DNA of 64,000 bases, taken from Lysobacterales bacterium (GTDB lineage: Bacteria; Pseudomonadota; Gammaproteobacteria; Xanthomonadales; SZUA-5). A program made the position numbers and the translations under genes. This document shows, piece by piece, positions 20,068 to 28,944 of this stretch. The notes under the pieces were generated by a model that saw nothing but the letters and a program-made list of their open reading frames with translations, was not told the DNA's origin and did no database searches. Location: positions 1 through 64,000 of the forward strand of contig JALHMH010000006.1 of assembly GCA_022844165.1 (NCBI GenBank). The letters are read 5' to 3'. How positions within the stretch are numbered: position 1 is the first letter of the stretch; every line of letters starts with the position of its first letter.

Positions 20068-20820
20068 ATGCCCACGTACCTGAATCTCGCCGCCTATTGT
20101 TTCGTCGCCATCGACGACACCGCTTCCCTGGCCGCTCATTTTCGGCAGGTATTCAGTGCATTCCGCGGCACGGCGCTGGTGGCGCCCGAGGGCATCAACC
20201 TGTTTCTCGCCGGCGCGCCGGGCCTGCTGCGGGCAGCCATCGAAACGCTGCAATGCGACGCTCGTTTCGCCGCGATGGACTGCAAGTGGAGCCAGAGCGC
20301 TTCGTTGCCGTTTCGCAAGCTGCTGGTCAAGAGCAAGCGCGAAATCATCCGCTTCGATCGACCGGAAATCGACGCAACCGCACAGCGTGCGCCGGCCGTC
20401 GATCCGACCACACTCGCCCGGTGGATCGCGCAAGGCGCCGATGACGAAGGACGCGATATCGTGTTGCTCGATACACGCAACCAGCAGGAGATCGAACACG
20501 GCACCTTCGCAGGTGCGATGACGCTGCCGATTTCCCGTTTCACCGAATTGCCGGCAGCGATCGAAGACCAACGCGCGGCGCTGCAGAATCGCACCATCGT
20601 CAGTTTTTGCACCGGCGGCATCCGCTGCGAAAAAGCCGCTTTGTGGATGCGCAACGCGGGTTTCGACCGGGTGCTGCAGTTGGACGGTGGAATTCTCGGC
20701 TACTTTGAGAAGGTCGGCGGGTTCGGTTACGACCGGCGCTGTTTCGTATTCGATGAGCGCGTCTCGCTGGACGCGCAACTGCGGGCGATGGACGATGGTG
20801 CGCATGAGCCACCCGGTTGA
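20068..20820 (+). CDS. trhO: Rhodanese-domain tRNA uridine(34) hydroxylase (UPF0176/YceA family)
   Basis: RGTALVAPEGIN, LDTRN, FCTGGIRCEKA, QLDGGILGYFE. Confidence 0.85.
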   Translation: MPTYLNLAAYCFVAIDDTASLAAHFRQVFSAFRGTALVAPEGINLFLAGAPGLLRAAIETLQCDARFAAMDCKWSQSASLPFRKLLVKSKREIIRFDRPEIDATAQRAPAVDPTTLARWIAQGADDEGRDIVLLDTRNQQEIEHGTFAGAMTLPISRFTELPAAIEDQRAALQNRTIVSFCTGGIRCEKAALWMRNAGFDRVLQLDGGILGYFEKVGGFGYDRRCFVFDERVSLDAQLRAMDDGAHEPPG

Positions 20821-20973
20821 GCGCAATCCGCTGCGCGTTTGCCTTTGGCGTCGCCGCAGGTGAGTGGTTAGCGTGTTGCACAGAAAAAATGCAAATTCTG
20901 TGTTGCGGCTGTCATCCAATCGTGATGGACTGCGTTTAGCCTTAAGGTTGGCCTGCAGCATAGGGTTCTTGTC

Positions 20974-21738
20974 ATGCGCCTCGTTCTATTCGCTCTGATG
21001 TTCCTGTGTGTCGATGTCTGGGCCGCCAACTTCACCGTGGCGGTGGGCGGTAATGCAGGCCTGGTTTTTACGCCACGCGATCTCGATATCCGCACTGGCG
21101 ATACCGTCACCTTCACGAACGCCGGTGGTTTCCATAACGTGGTGTCGCAAGCCGCCGGTTTTCGCTGCGCGAACGGCTGCGATGGCCAGGGTGGCAACGG
21201 CGCACCATCGACGGCGCCGTGGAGCGTCACGATCACATTCAACAACCCCGGGACCTTCGATATCTTCTGCGAGCCTCACGGCTCTCCCGGCGTTGGCATG
21301 GCCGGCACCATTCGCGTGACGCAGGCAGCCACGACAACGATCGATGCCAGCTATACCGGCGCCTGGTTCGACCCGGCGCAATCCGGCCATGGCCTGCTGC
21401 TGGAAGTGCTCCCCAACAATCAGCTGTTGGCGTGGTGGTTCACCTTCTCGCCAACCGGCCAACAAGCGTGGTTCGGCGGCGTGGGACCAATCACCGGCAA
21501 CACGGCAACCATCGCTGTGGCGCAAACCCAGGGCGGTCGTTTCATTCCGAACTTCAACCCGTCGCAGGTGACCAATCCACCCTGGGGCACGCTCAACTTC
21601 ACCTTCACCAGCTGCAGCAGCGGACGCGTGGACTTTACGTCGACCGCCGGGTTCGGCAGCGGCACCATGCAGTTGACTCGCCTGACGGTACCGGCCGGTA
21701 TCACTTGCCCGCCACCTGCGACGACCGTGCTGCCGTGA
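20974..21738 (+). CDS. Secreted cupredoxin (plastocyanin/azurin-like) fused to a C-terminal accessory domain
   Basis: Signal peptide, FTPRDLDIRTGDTVTF, HNV, CEPH...GM type-1 Cu ligands; then YTGAWFDPAQSGHG domain. Confidence 0.85.
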   Translation: MRLVLFALMFLCVDVWAANFTVAVGGNAGLVFTPRDLDIRTGDTVTFTNAGGFHNVVSQAAGFRCANGCDGQGGNGAPSTAPWSVTITFNNPGTFDIFCEPHGSPGVGMAGTIRVTQAATTTIDASYTGAWFDPAQSGHGLLLEVLPNNQLLAWWFTFSPTGQQAWFGGVGPITGNTATIAVAQTQGGRFIPNFNPSQVTNPPWGTLNFTFTSCSSGRVDFTSTAGFGSGTMQLTRLTVPAGITCPPPATTVLP

Positions 21739-22238
21739 GCGGCTGGCGCTGCGGACTGGCGTTGGCGCTGCTGGTCAGCGCCGCGCCATTGCGGGCGCTG
21801 GAGGTCGGCAGCGCGGCGCCAGCGGTCGTGGTTGCCGCGCTGAGTGGCGATAGCGAACATCGGCTGGAAGCGCTTCGCGGCAAGGTTGTGCTCGTGGACT
21901 TTTGGGCGTCGTGGTGCGCGCCCTGTTTGCATGCCTTGCCGGCATATGCCGAACTGGAAACGCAACTGGCGTCACGCGGTTTTGTGGTGTTGGCGATCAG
22001 CGTCGATGAACAACGCGTCGACGCTGAACGTTTTTTGCAGCGGCGCCCGGTCGCCATCCGTCTGGCCCACGATCCGACGGGTACCTGGGCAAAAGCCTTC
22101 GACGTCAAAGCCATGCCATCTTCGTACTTGATCGATCGCGAAGGCGTTGTTCGCGAAGTGCATCGCGGCTACCGAGCAGCGGAACTCAGCGCATTGCGCA
22201 GCAGTATCGAAGGTCTATTGGGGAGCGCGAATGACTAG
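21735..22238 (+). CDS. TlpA-family thiol-disulfide oxidoreductase
   Basis: GKVVLVDFWASWCAPC, AMPSSYLID; GTG start overlaps the upstream stop. Confidence 0.92.
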   Translation: MSGWRCGLALALLVSAAPLRALEVGSAAPAVVVAALSGDSEHRLEALRGKVVLVDFWASWCAPCLHALPAYAELETQLASRGFVVLAISVDEQRVDAERFLQRRPVAIRLAHDPTGTWAKAFDVKAMPSSYLIDREGVVREVHRGYRAAELSALRSSIEGLLGSAND

Positions 22239-22605
22239 CACATTGTTGAGAAACGCACTTCCTGCGCGTCTCTCAAGTCGCGAGTCCGGCGCATGTCCGG
22301 ACTCGCTCTCCATGGATCAACCGCTTGCGTGCTCGATCCATGAGCGAACCATCCCTGGTTCGCCCCAGCAGGCCGTTTCTCAACAGCCTGCTGGTCGCCT
22401 CGGACTTCTGCTGATCGCCGCTTTGTGCCTGAGTGCTTGCGCATCGACTCCCGTGCAATCCTGGGAACGCGGCCGTCTGGCGAGCGTCGAAATGCAATGG
22501 GAGCCGGATCCCCTCAAATCCGCGATGCGCGAGCACACGCGCTTCAGCAAAGAAGGCAGTAGTGGCCGGCTTGGCAATGCCGGCGGTGGTTGCGGGTGTA
22601 ATTAA
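22231..22605 (+). CDS. DUF4266 family lipoprotein carrying an in-frame 52-codon MITE insertion
   Basis: VQSWERGRLA...SKEGSSG...GGGCGCN C-terminus; LSAC lipobox displaced by the insertion. Confidence 0.85.
   Translation: MTSTLLRNALPARLSSRESGACPDSLSMDQPLACSIHERTIPGSPQQAVSQQPAGRLGLLLIAALCLSACASTPVQSWERGRLASVEMQWEPDPLKSAMREHTRFSKEGSSGRLGNAGGGCGCN
22235..22394 (+). mobile_element. MITE-like element (module B), 156 bp plus CTAG/CTGG target duplication
   Basis: Terminal IRs TGTTGAGAAACG / CGTTTCTCAACA; about 13 mismatches (counted by eye, no gaps) against 51089-51242. Confidence 0.85.
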
Positions 22606-23777
22606 TGGCGGAGAGCGAACAACTCGGCAGCAGCGCGCGACTGTTGCGACTGATGGCCGCCGCCGCAGCGCTGCATGCGGCTGCACCCGCGGTCGCCGAA
22701 ACCCGCGTCAGTGTTCGTGGCAGTGAGTATGACGAGCGGCCACTGCGCGAGGCGCCGGTCGATGGCAGCGATGAGCGCTATACCGTGCGCAAGCAGCAAT
22801 TCGAGTTGAGCCACGAGCGCGACGAACGCGACGCCGTTTCGCTGCGGTTGACGCGCGAATGGATGAGCGGTTCTTCGCCATGGTTCAACGTGCCAGGCGA
22901 AAACGGCGCCGTGCAACAGGTCATGAGCGGGGCGACGATCGATGATCGGCGCGCGGAGCTGGTCGCCAGCTGGACGCGGCGCACCGACGGCCGCTCCCGC
23001 ACGTTGCAGGTCAGCACATCCGACGAGAACGACTACCGCTCGCTGGCGCTGGGCTTGAGCTATGAGCGGCCCATCGACGATCGATTTACCGTCGGCTACG
23101 GCGCCGGCGTTTCCAGCGACACGATCGAACCCACCGACGCAGCATTGTTCGGCCGCGTCGAGCGCGAACGCAAACGCAGCTATTCGGCGCATGCCAGCCT
23201 GGCGCAAATTCTCGACAGCAACCGCGTCGTGCAGTGGGGGCTGAGCCTTAATCACGGCAACGGCTATTTGTCCGATCCTTACAAGCTGTTTTTTGCCGGT
23301 GGGCGGACTCTGCCGGACACCCGTCCCGAACAGCGCACCCAGCTTTCCGCTCACACGCGTTACCGGCACAGCGTGGTGTCGCACTCGGCTGTGCTGCATG
23401 CCGACGCGCGTCTCTCGAACGACAGCTGGGGCTTGCAGTCCCTCGCGATCGAAGGCGCGTGGTATCAAAGCCTGGGCGACGATTGGCGCATCGTTCCGCA
23501 ACTGCGCTACTACGAACAATCGGCCGCGAGTTTCTACGCACCGTTCAGCGCCAATATCGCCAGCGCCGGGCGCGTCCATTCGAGCGACTTCCGGCTCGGC
23601 GCCTTCGGCGCAATTTCGGGCGCCATCGACTTGCGTTGGCAGTCGCGCGATTTTGCGGTGGTATTTGGCTACGAGTACTACCGCGGCGACGAGCCGCTGT
23701 TTTTCAGCTCCGATAACGACGACCCGGCGTGGCTGACCTTCGGCCAGTGGCATGCCGGGATCGACTATCGCTTCTGA
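22605..23777 (+). CDS. DUF3570 family outer-membrane beta-barrel-like protein
   Basis: Lies between DUF4266 and apbE; GYLSDPY, D.RP..R, DSWG..S, SSDFRL, terminal Phe; SGSS and SGAT motifs. Confidence 0.85.
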   Translation: MAESEQLGSSARLLRLMAAAAALHAAAPAVAETRVSVRGSEYDERPLREAPVDGSDERYTVRKQQFELSHERDERDAVSLRLTREWMSGSSPWFNVPGENGAVQQVMSGATIDDRRAELVASWTRRTDGRSRTLQVSTSDENDYRSLALGLSYERPIDDRFTVGYGAGVSSDTIEPTDAALFGRVERERKRSYSAHASLAQILDSNRVVQWGLSLNHGNGYLSDPYKLFFAGGRTLPDTRPEQRTQLSAHTRYRHSVVSHSAVLHADARLSNDSWGLQSLAIEGAWYQSLGDDWRIVPQLRYYEQSAASFYAPFSANIASAGRVHSSDFRLGAFGAISGAIDLRWQSRDFAVVFGYEYYRGDEPLFFSSDNDDPAWLTFGQWHAGIDYRF

Positions 23778-24709
23778 TGCCGCTGTTGGCCTCGGCCGAC
23801 TACCAGCGGGAGTTCGCGGCGATGGGTTGTCCGTGCGTTGTCGCCATCGAAGGCCTCGATGCGCGTCGCGCATCGATCGTGGCAAACATCGCGCAGCGCG
23901 AAGTCGACCGCCTCGATCGAAAGTACTCGCACTATCGTGACGACAGCGAGCTCGCACGTTGGCACGCTGCGTGGCCAAACGCTGTGTTGATCGACGACGA
24001 GTCGCAGGCGTTGCTGCAGCTGGCGGCCGTGTTGCACGCCGACAGCGGCGGCCGCTTCGATATCACCGCCGCGCCGCTGACGCGACTCTGGGATGGCAAA
24101 TGCGGCCGCATGCCGACGCCGGAGGAAATCGAAGCAGCGCGACGGCACGTTGGTTTTACGCGGCTGATCATCGACGGCGCACGCCTGAGCCTGCCCAGCG
24201 CCGAGGCGCGCATCGAGTTCGGCGGACTGGTCAAAGAATACGCTGCCGATCGCGCCGCCGAACTCTGTCGCCAAGCCGGCGCACATCACGGCATTGTCGA
24301 TCTGGGCGGCGATATTGCCGTCATCGGTCCGCACGCCGATGGCGCTCCCTGGCGAATCGGCATTCGCAATCCCAACGCGCCTGCGGCGGCCATCGCCGAT
24401 ATCGAACTCGCCAGCGGTGGCCTCGCCACCAGCGGCGATTACGAGCGCTGCTTAGTCGTTGACGGCAAACGCTATTCGCACATCGTCGACCCCACCAGCG
24501 GCTGGCCCGTCGCCGGTTTCAGCTCCGTCAGCGTCAGCGCCCCCAGCACCCTCATCGCCGGCGCCGCCTGCACCACCGCCATGCTGCTCGGCCTGAAAGC
24601 CGGCAGCGCATACCTCAACGAACTCGCGCTACCGTGGGTCGCGGTGGGTGTGGATGGTGAGGTGTCGCGGACGGCCTGGGGCGATCGGATATCGTCGCGA
24701 ACGAAGTAG
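23777..24709 (+). CDS. apbE: FAD:protein FMN transferase
   Basis: AMGC, SGGRFDIT, FGGLVKEYAAD, DLGGDI, ATSGDYER, HIVDPTSG. Confidence 0.93.
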   Translation: MPLLASADYQREFAAMGCPCVVAIEGLDARRASIVANIAQREVDRLDRKYSHYRDDSELARWHAAWPNAVLIDDESQALLQLAAVLHADSGGRFDITAAPLTRLWDGKCGRMPTPEEIEAARRHVGFTRLIIDGARLSLPSAEARIEFGGLVKEYAADRAAELCRQAGAHHGIVDLGGDIAVIGPHADGAPWRIGIRNPNAPAAAIADIELASGGLATSGDYERCLVVDGKRYSHIVDPTSGWPVAGFSSVSVSAPSTLIAGAACTTAMLLGLKAGSAYLNELALPWVAVGVDGEVSRTAWGDRISSRTK

Positions 24710-25095
24710 TCTGCACACCTGATAGGCAAGGACGTCGGCAAGGACTTTGTCTTCTACGACGAGTGGCACCCCTCAATCAAGGGCGTTGGATCCGTGGAGC
24801 GGTTACGGAGCGTCTACCTCAACTCACCGCTGGTTGTCGTTTGCCTTTCACGCGACTACGCCGTCAAGCTTTTCCTGCAACGAAAAAGGCAAGTGATCTT
24901 GGATCGACGCACGAGATTTCAGAGCGCGAACGGCGGCACCCTTGTCGACTATCACCACGAGTATCAACTGCGATTCGACGACTGTGATGTAGATGGATAT
25001 TCGCTCGACGATATCTACGTCAGCCCAAATGAGCACAGTGCTTCTGCTATTGCCGACGAGATTCTTGAGAAGCTCAAGAGAGCCGAGCAGTCCAG
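24710..25095 (+). pseudogene. Degenerate TIR-domain coding remnant
   Basis: Frame reads GKDFVFYDEW...LRSVYLNSPLVVVCLSRDYAVK...LRFDDCDVDG...SASAIADEILEKL; first beta strand/start and WCxxE catalytic segment absent. Confidence 0.55.
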
Positions 25096-25179
25096 GTGCG
25101 ACACCGTCTGCATTTCAACCACACTAAGCGCAGCTGCAGGTCGCGAAATGACGCATCGACCAAGTTGCTTTCTTTCGCC

Positions 25180-25569
25180 CTACCAGCAGATCGACATCCC
25201 GTACTCTCTGAAGATCGGGTCGCAAGTGACGATCTGCGCTTTTTCCAGCTCGGCTTGTGCCATCAACATCCGATCGAAGGGGTCGCGATGCGGGCCGGGT
25301 AATCGGCCTGCGGCCAATGCGTGTTCGAGTTTCATTGGCAGCGGCTCGAAGCGCTCGGCGCGTAAGAGACGTGGCAGTTCGCGAACCAGATACTCGGCTT
25401 CGGGCAGTTTTCCAAGGCGGTGTTTAGTGGCGATCTCCCATGCCGATGCGGCGCTGACGAGGATGCGATGCGTGCCCTCGCCAATGGCCTCGCGCGCCGT
25501 TTTGCTGAGTTCGGCGCCATCGAGCAACCACCAGAGGAGAGCATGCGTGTCGAGGAGCAGCGTTTTCAT
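25180..25569 (-). CDS. vapC: PIN-domain type II toxin
   Basis: LLLDTHALLWW, SAASAWEIATK, HRDPFDRMLMAQA. Confidence 0.93.
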   Translation of the reverse strand: MKTLLLDTHALLWWLLDGAELSKTAREAIGEGTHRILVSAASAWEIATKHRLGKLPEAEYLVRELPRLLRAERFEPLPMKLEHALAAGRLPGPHRDPFDRMLMAQAELEKAQIVTCDPIFREYGMSICW

Positions 25570-25790
25570 TGCCCGAACGCATCCAACTCGGTATCAGGCA
25601 ATGGCTCAAAGAACGCCGGGCCGATTTTGGCCTTGCCTTTCGCTGCGCCTGGCACACGCGCAGGAAGTGCCACGGGTACCAGTCGCACAACGGGCTTTCC
25701 GGCTTTGGCAATAAGAACCTCTTCTCCCAAAAGCGCGGCGTCCAGCAGTCGGGACAGTTGCGCCTTTGCATCTTGAACGTTGACTTGCAT
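25566..25790 (-). CDS. Phd/YefM family antitoxin
   Basis: VNVQDAKAQLSRLLD..GEEVLIAKAGKPVVRLVP; overlaps vapC start. Confidence 0.92.
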   Translation of the reverse strand: MQVNVQDAKAQLSRLLDAALLGEEVLIAKAGKPVVRLVPVALPARVPGAAKGKAKIGPAFFEPLPDTELDAFGQ

Positions 25791-25861
25791 GACCTTGAAC
25801 CATTCTGATTGGACCAGACCATTCTAGCAGACCAAGCATCGAAACTCGCGCGGCAGCTGCG

Positions 25862-26545
25862 TCAATCTGCGGATCTTCGCCCCTGCTCTCGCGCAAACAC
25901 ATACGGCATCGTCGGCGGTACGCGGAACGCGTAGGCGCCAGATTCCAGGCGGCCGGATTCCTGATAGTTGAGCGCTGCGCCGACGCGTTCGACGCGGGCG
26001 TCGATGCCCATTTTGCGCCCGGACGCGGCGATGAGGGTGCAGTCGCTGGCGCTGATCTCGCCACGCCAACCGGAGTCGGTGGGCACAAAGCGCAGGGCGC
26101 ACGCGGGGCCGTAGCCGCGCAGGTGGGTAGGGTCCAAACTGGCGAAAGCGGCGGGATCGTGGCTCTTGCCGGCGTAGGGCGCGCCGTCGATGAAGGCGTA
26201 GAAATCCATGCGCAGCTCGCCTTCGCGCTCGTGGAAGCTCCAGATGCGCTGGCGGCTGATGTCGCCGCTGGCGTCGGCTTTGCGCCACTCCAGGTACAGC
26301 ACCGTATCGCCAAGCGCGGGTGCCCTGACGCGGGTAAAACGCGCGTGCTGGTGATCGAGCCATTCGCCATCAATCGCGGGTGGCACTTTGAGCGTCGGGT
26401 CAGCCGCGGCGTATTGCGCGCGGTTGCTCCACACATCGGCGAGATCGTTGGCGACGAGTTCCGCGCTCAGCGTCGAGGACTCCGGCGGCGCGTTGGCGCA
26501 GGCGGAGAGGGTGGCGATCAACGAAGCGAGCAGGACCAGGCGCAT
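25862..26545 (-). CDS. Lipoprotein, CpcT/CpeT (DUF1001)-like beta-barrel
   Basis: LSAC lipobox; WSNRAQY, LYLEW, RQRIWSF, two Cys, PYVF. Confidence 0.6.
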   Translation of the reverse strand: MRLVLLASLIATLSACANAPPESSTLSAELVANDLADVWSNRAQYAAADPTLKVPPAIDGEWLDHQHARFTRVRAPALGDTVLYLEWRKADASGDISRQRIWSFHEREGELRMDFYAFIDGAPYAGKSHDPAAFASLDPTHLRGYGPACALRFVPTDSGWRGEISASDCTLIAASGRKMGIDARVERVGAALNYQESGRLESGAYAFRVPPTMPYVFAREQGRRSAD

Positions 26546-26559
26546 GGGTGACCGTCTAT

Positions 26560-26731
26560 GAGCGACTGAACAGTATCGCTTTCCACTTCCCGAGTAAACT
26601 CGACCGCGGCGTTGTTGCCCCAGATTCGCGCGTGCGCGCCGGTTTCGAGGCGCCCGGTTTCTTGGTAGTAGAGCGCTGCGCCGATGCGCTCGACGCGGGC
26701 GTCGATGCCCATTTTGCGGCCGGACGCGGCG
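26560..26731 (-). pseudogene. 5'-truncated paralog of the CpcT-like gene
   Basis: 26635-26731 nearly duplicates 25935-26030 (AASGRKMGIDARVER.GAAL.YQE.GRLE.GA). Confidence 0.7.
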
Positions 26732-26786
26732 CTAAGGGTGCGCCTGAGCGCGCCGAGAGCGAACAGGCTTCGGCGGCGAGGCGTGG

Positions 26787-27557
26787 CTACATCTGCCGGA
26801 ACAGGTGCAGGTAGCTGCGGCTGACCGGCAACACATCGTTGCGGTCCTTCAGGTGGATGTCTGCGGTCTCGTGATCGCCACGAACAACATGCCGGATGGA
26901 ACGCAAATTCACGACGACCGAACGATGCACCTGCACGAAGACGTTGGCATCGAGTTGTTGCAGCAGTTCTTTGAGCGGCGTCCGAATGAGCGCCGCGCCG
27001 GGTTGACCGGCGTCGCCGCGCCACGCGATGCGTGTGTACTTTTCGTCTGAGCGCAGGTAGTCGATGTCCTCCACCGCAATCAAGCGCACCGTTTGTCCAA
27101 GCGAGGCGCGTATCCAGCGCAGCGCCGACTTTTGCCCAAGGCGTGCGGCGATTTGCTCGATCAGCGCCTCGGTATCGGCCGCCGGCTGCTGGGCGCGCAA
27201 TCGCTCCTGCAGCCGGGTGATGGTATCGGTCAGCCGTTCGAGTTCGACGGGCTTGACCAGATAGTCGATTGCTCCCTGTTCGAATGCCTGCAGCGCATAT
27301 TGGTTGTAGGCCGTGACAAACACCAGATGCGCGCGCCGACCGATGTAGCGTGCCGCCTCAACGCCGGACACGCCAGGCATATGCACATCGAGAAAGCAGA
27401 TAGCAGGATGTTTCGCCTCGAACTGCTCCACCGCTTCGCGGCCGTTGCGTGCCTGCGCGACGATCTCGAGTTCCGGCCACACCTGCGTCAGCTGCCGCAC
27501 CAGCGATTTGCGCAACAGCGGTTCATCATCGGCGATGAGCGCGGTCGGTCGTTTCAT
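26787..27557 (-). CDS. LytTR-family response regulator
   Basis: IADDEP, FLDVHMPG, VFVTAY, DYLVKP, QVHRS, LPVSR. Confidence 0.95.
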   Translation of the reverse strand: MKRPTALIADDEPLLRKSLVRQLTQVWPELEIVAQARNGREAVEQFEAKHPAICFLDVHMPGVSGVEAARYIGRRAHLVFVTAYNQYALQAFEQGAIDYLVKPVELERLTDTITRLQERLRAQQPAADTEALIEQIAARLGQKSALRWIRASLGQTVRLIAVEDIDYLRSDEKYTRIAWRGDAGQPGAALIRTPLKELLQQLDANVFVQVHRSVVVNLRSIRHVVRGDHETADIHLKDRNDVLPVSRSYLHLFRQM

Positions 27558-28630
27558 GACACCACCCGCTGAGCCGGGAATTCGGCCTGTGCGCAGACAC
27601 CGTGCGGGCGCACCGGGAGCAGGTGCAGGCGTGCGTTTCCGGCGAAGGCCAGCGACAATCGCTCGCGCAGATTCGTCAGACCTGTTCCGAGGGTATCGCC
27701 ATCCGGCGCGATCCCAACGCCCGTATCGAGGACTCGCACGCGGCAGTCAGCATCGTTCAGGTCGACGTGGACGTCAATGCGTCCGCCCTCTTCGCTTGGG
27801 TCGATGCCGTGGCGGACGGCGTTTTCGACCAACGTCAGCAAGGTCGTTGAAGGGCACCGCAGGTCCAGCGTTGCGGGCTGCACGTGGAGCTCGTACTGCA
27901 ATCGATCTGGCATACGCATGTGCATGACCTCAAGATAAGCGCGCACCAAATCGACCTCCTGACGCACCGTGGTGCCGGGATCGTTCAACCGTGGAACCGC
28001 TGCACGCAGATAGGCGATCAAACTGCCGAGCACGGCGGAGGCCTGCGGCGAACCAGAGTCCACAAGCTCGCGCACGTTGGCTAAGGTGTTGAACAGAAAG
28101 TGTGGTTCGACTTGCGCCTGCAACAGTCGTATGCGGGCATCGAGCGCCTTGCGCTGGTACTCGCTGCGCTCAAGTTCGAAGGCCAGTGCCTGCTTCTCCG
28201 CCTCGCCTCTGATCTGGCGGATCAGTGCGCTGACCGTGATCCAGGGCGCAACCAACAGCGTGAAAAACGTGAATACCCCAAAGCCTTCCAATCGGTCGGA
28301 ATCGCGATACCACGGGGGGTCCAGGCCGATGGTCGTCAGCGCATAGGCACTCATGGTGGCGATCGGGATCGTCGCGACCACCGCAACCACTTGCAGCGCC
28401 CAGCGGGCGAACCATCGCGGCAGGCGCCGCGGCCAACGTTCGAACAGGGTAAACACGCTGAGCAACAGCATGCCGATATAGATCCAGCGGGTCACCAAGA
28501 CCCAGTACGGCGATTCCCAGCCGGCTGCCAACAACGCTGTCGGTACGGCCGCGGCAACCAAGACCACGCGCAATCGTTGCCAGCGCAACAAGCGGGCGAA
28601 GAATCCGTCACTGATTTTGGCTGCGTCCAT
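27554..28630 (-). CDS. LytS/YehU-type sensor histidine kinase
   Basis: LQAQVEPHFLFNTL, LVENAVRHG, DTGVG, GTGLTNLRERL; N-terminal TM segments. Confidence 0.94.
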   Translation of the reverse strand: MDAAKISDGFFARLLRWQRLRVVLVAAAVPTALLAAGWESPYWVLVTRWIYIGMLLLSVFTLFERWPRRLPRWFARWALQVVAVVATIPIATMSAYALTTIGLDPPWYRDSDRLEGFGVFTFFTLLVAPWITVSALIRQIRGEAEKQALAFELERSEYQRKALDARIRLLQAQVEPHFLFNTLANVRELVDSGSPQASAVLGSLIAYLRAAVPRLNDPGTTVRQEVDLVRAYLEVMHMRMPDRLQYELHVQPATLDLRCPSTTLLTLVENAVRHGIDPSEEGGRIDVHVDLNDADCRVRVLDTGVGIAPDGDTLGTGLTNLRERLSLAFAGNARLHLLPVRPHGVCAQAEFPAQRVVS

Positions 28631-28779
28631 AGTCCTGAGCTTTCACCAACGTCGATGACTATCCAGCAACCCGGTCGTACCGTAAACCGCCGTGCGACGA
28701 GACACCGCTGGCGGCGACCGGGCGGCGATCGGCGTCGTGTCAAGGTGCAAAGAACAACGCGGTGAGAAGGAGCGCAACC

Positions 28780-28944
28780 GATACCTCGCTCACGCACGAC
28801 CTCTGAGGTAGTGTTCGGCACGCGGCCTGCGGCGTGCCGTTCCCCATCCCCCGACTCACAAGGGCTTCAAAAGCCCACTGTGCCTGGAACAGAAATTTGA
28901 CTCGAATCGCCAAATCGCGCTCTGTCAAGAACGCCAAGAACTCT
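28780..28944 (+). repeat. Degenerate copy of the A+C repeat
   Basis: CAAGGGCTTCAAAAGCC...GAAATTTGACTCGAAT...CAAGAACTCT matches module C of 59302-59390 (reverse complement). Confidence 0.6.

Noticed and set aside
21219-21734. N-terminal extension of the TlpA ORF
   Set aside because: It overlaps the cupredoxin gene in another frame; GTG 21735 gives a normal signal peptide.
24794-25714. 306-aa ORF as an intact gene
   Set aside because: The distal two-thirds is antisense to vapC/phd; only the first part is TIR-like and is treated as a remnant.
28690-28740. GCGAC-type direct repeats as LytTR binding sites
   Set aside because: Too short and GC-rich, with irregular spacing, to support without comparative data.
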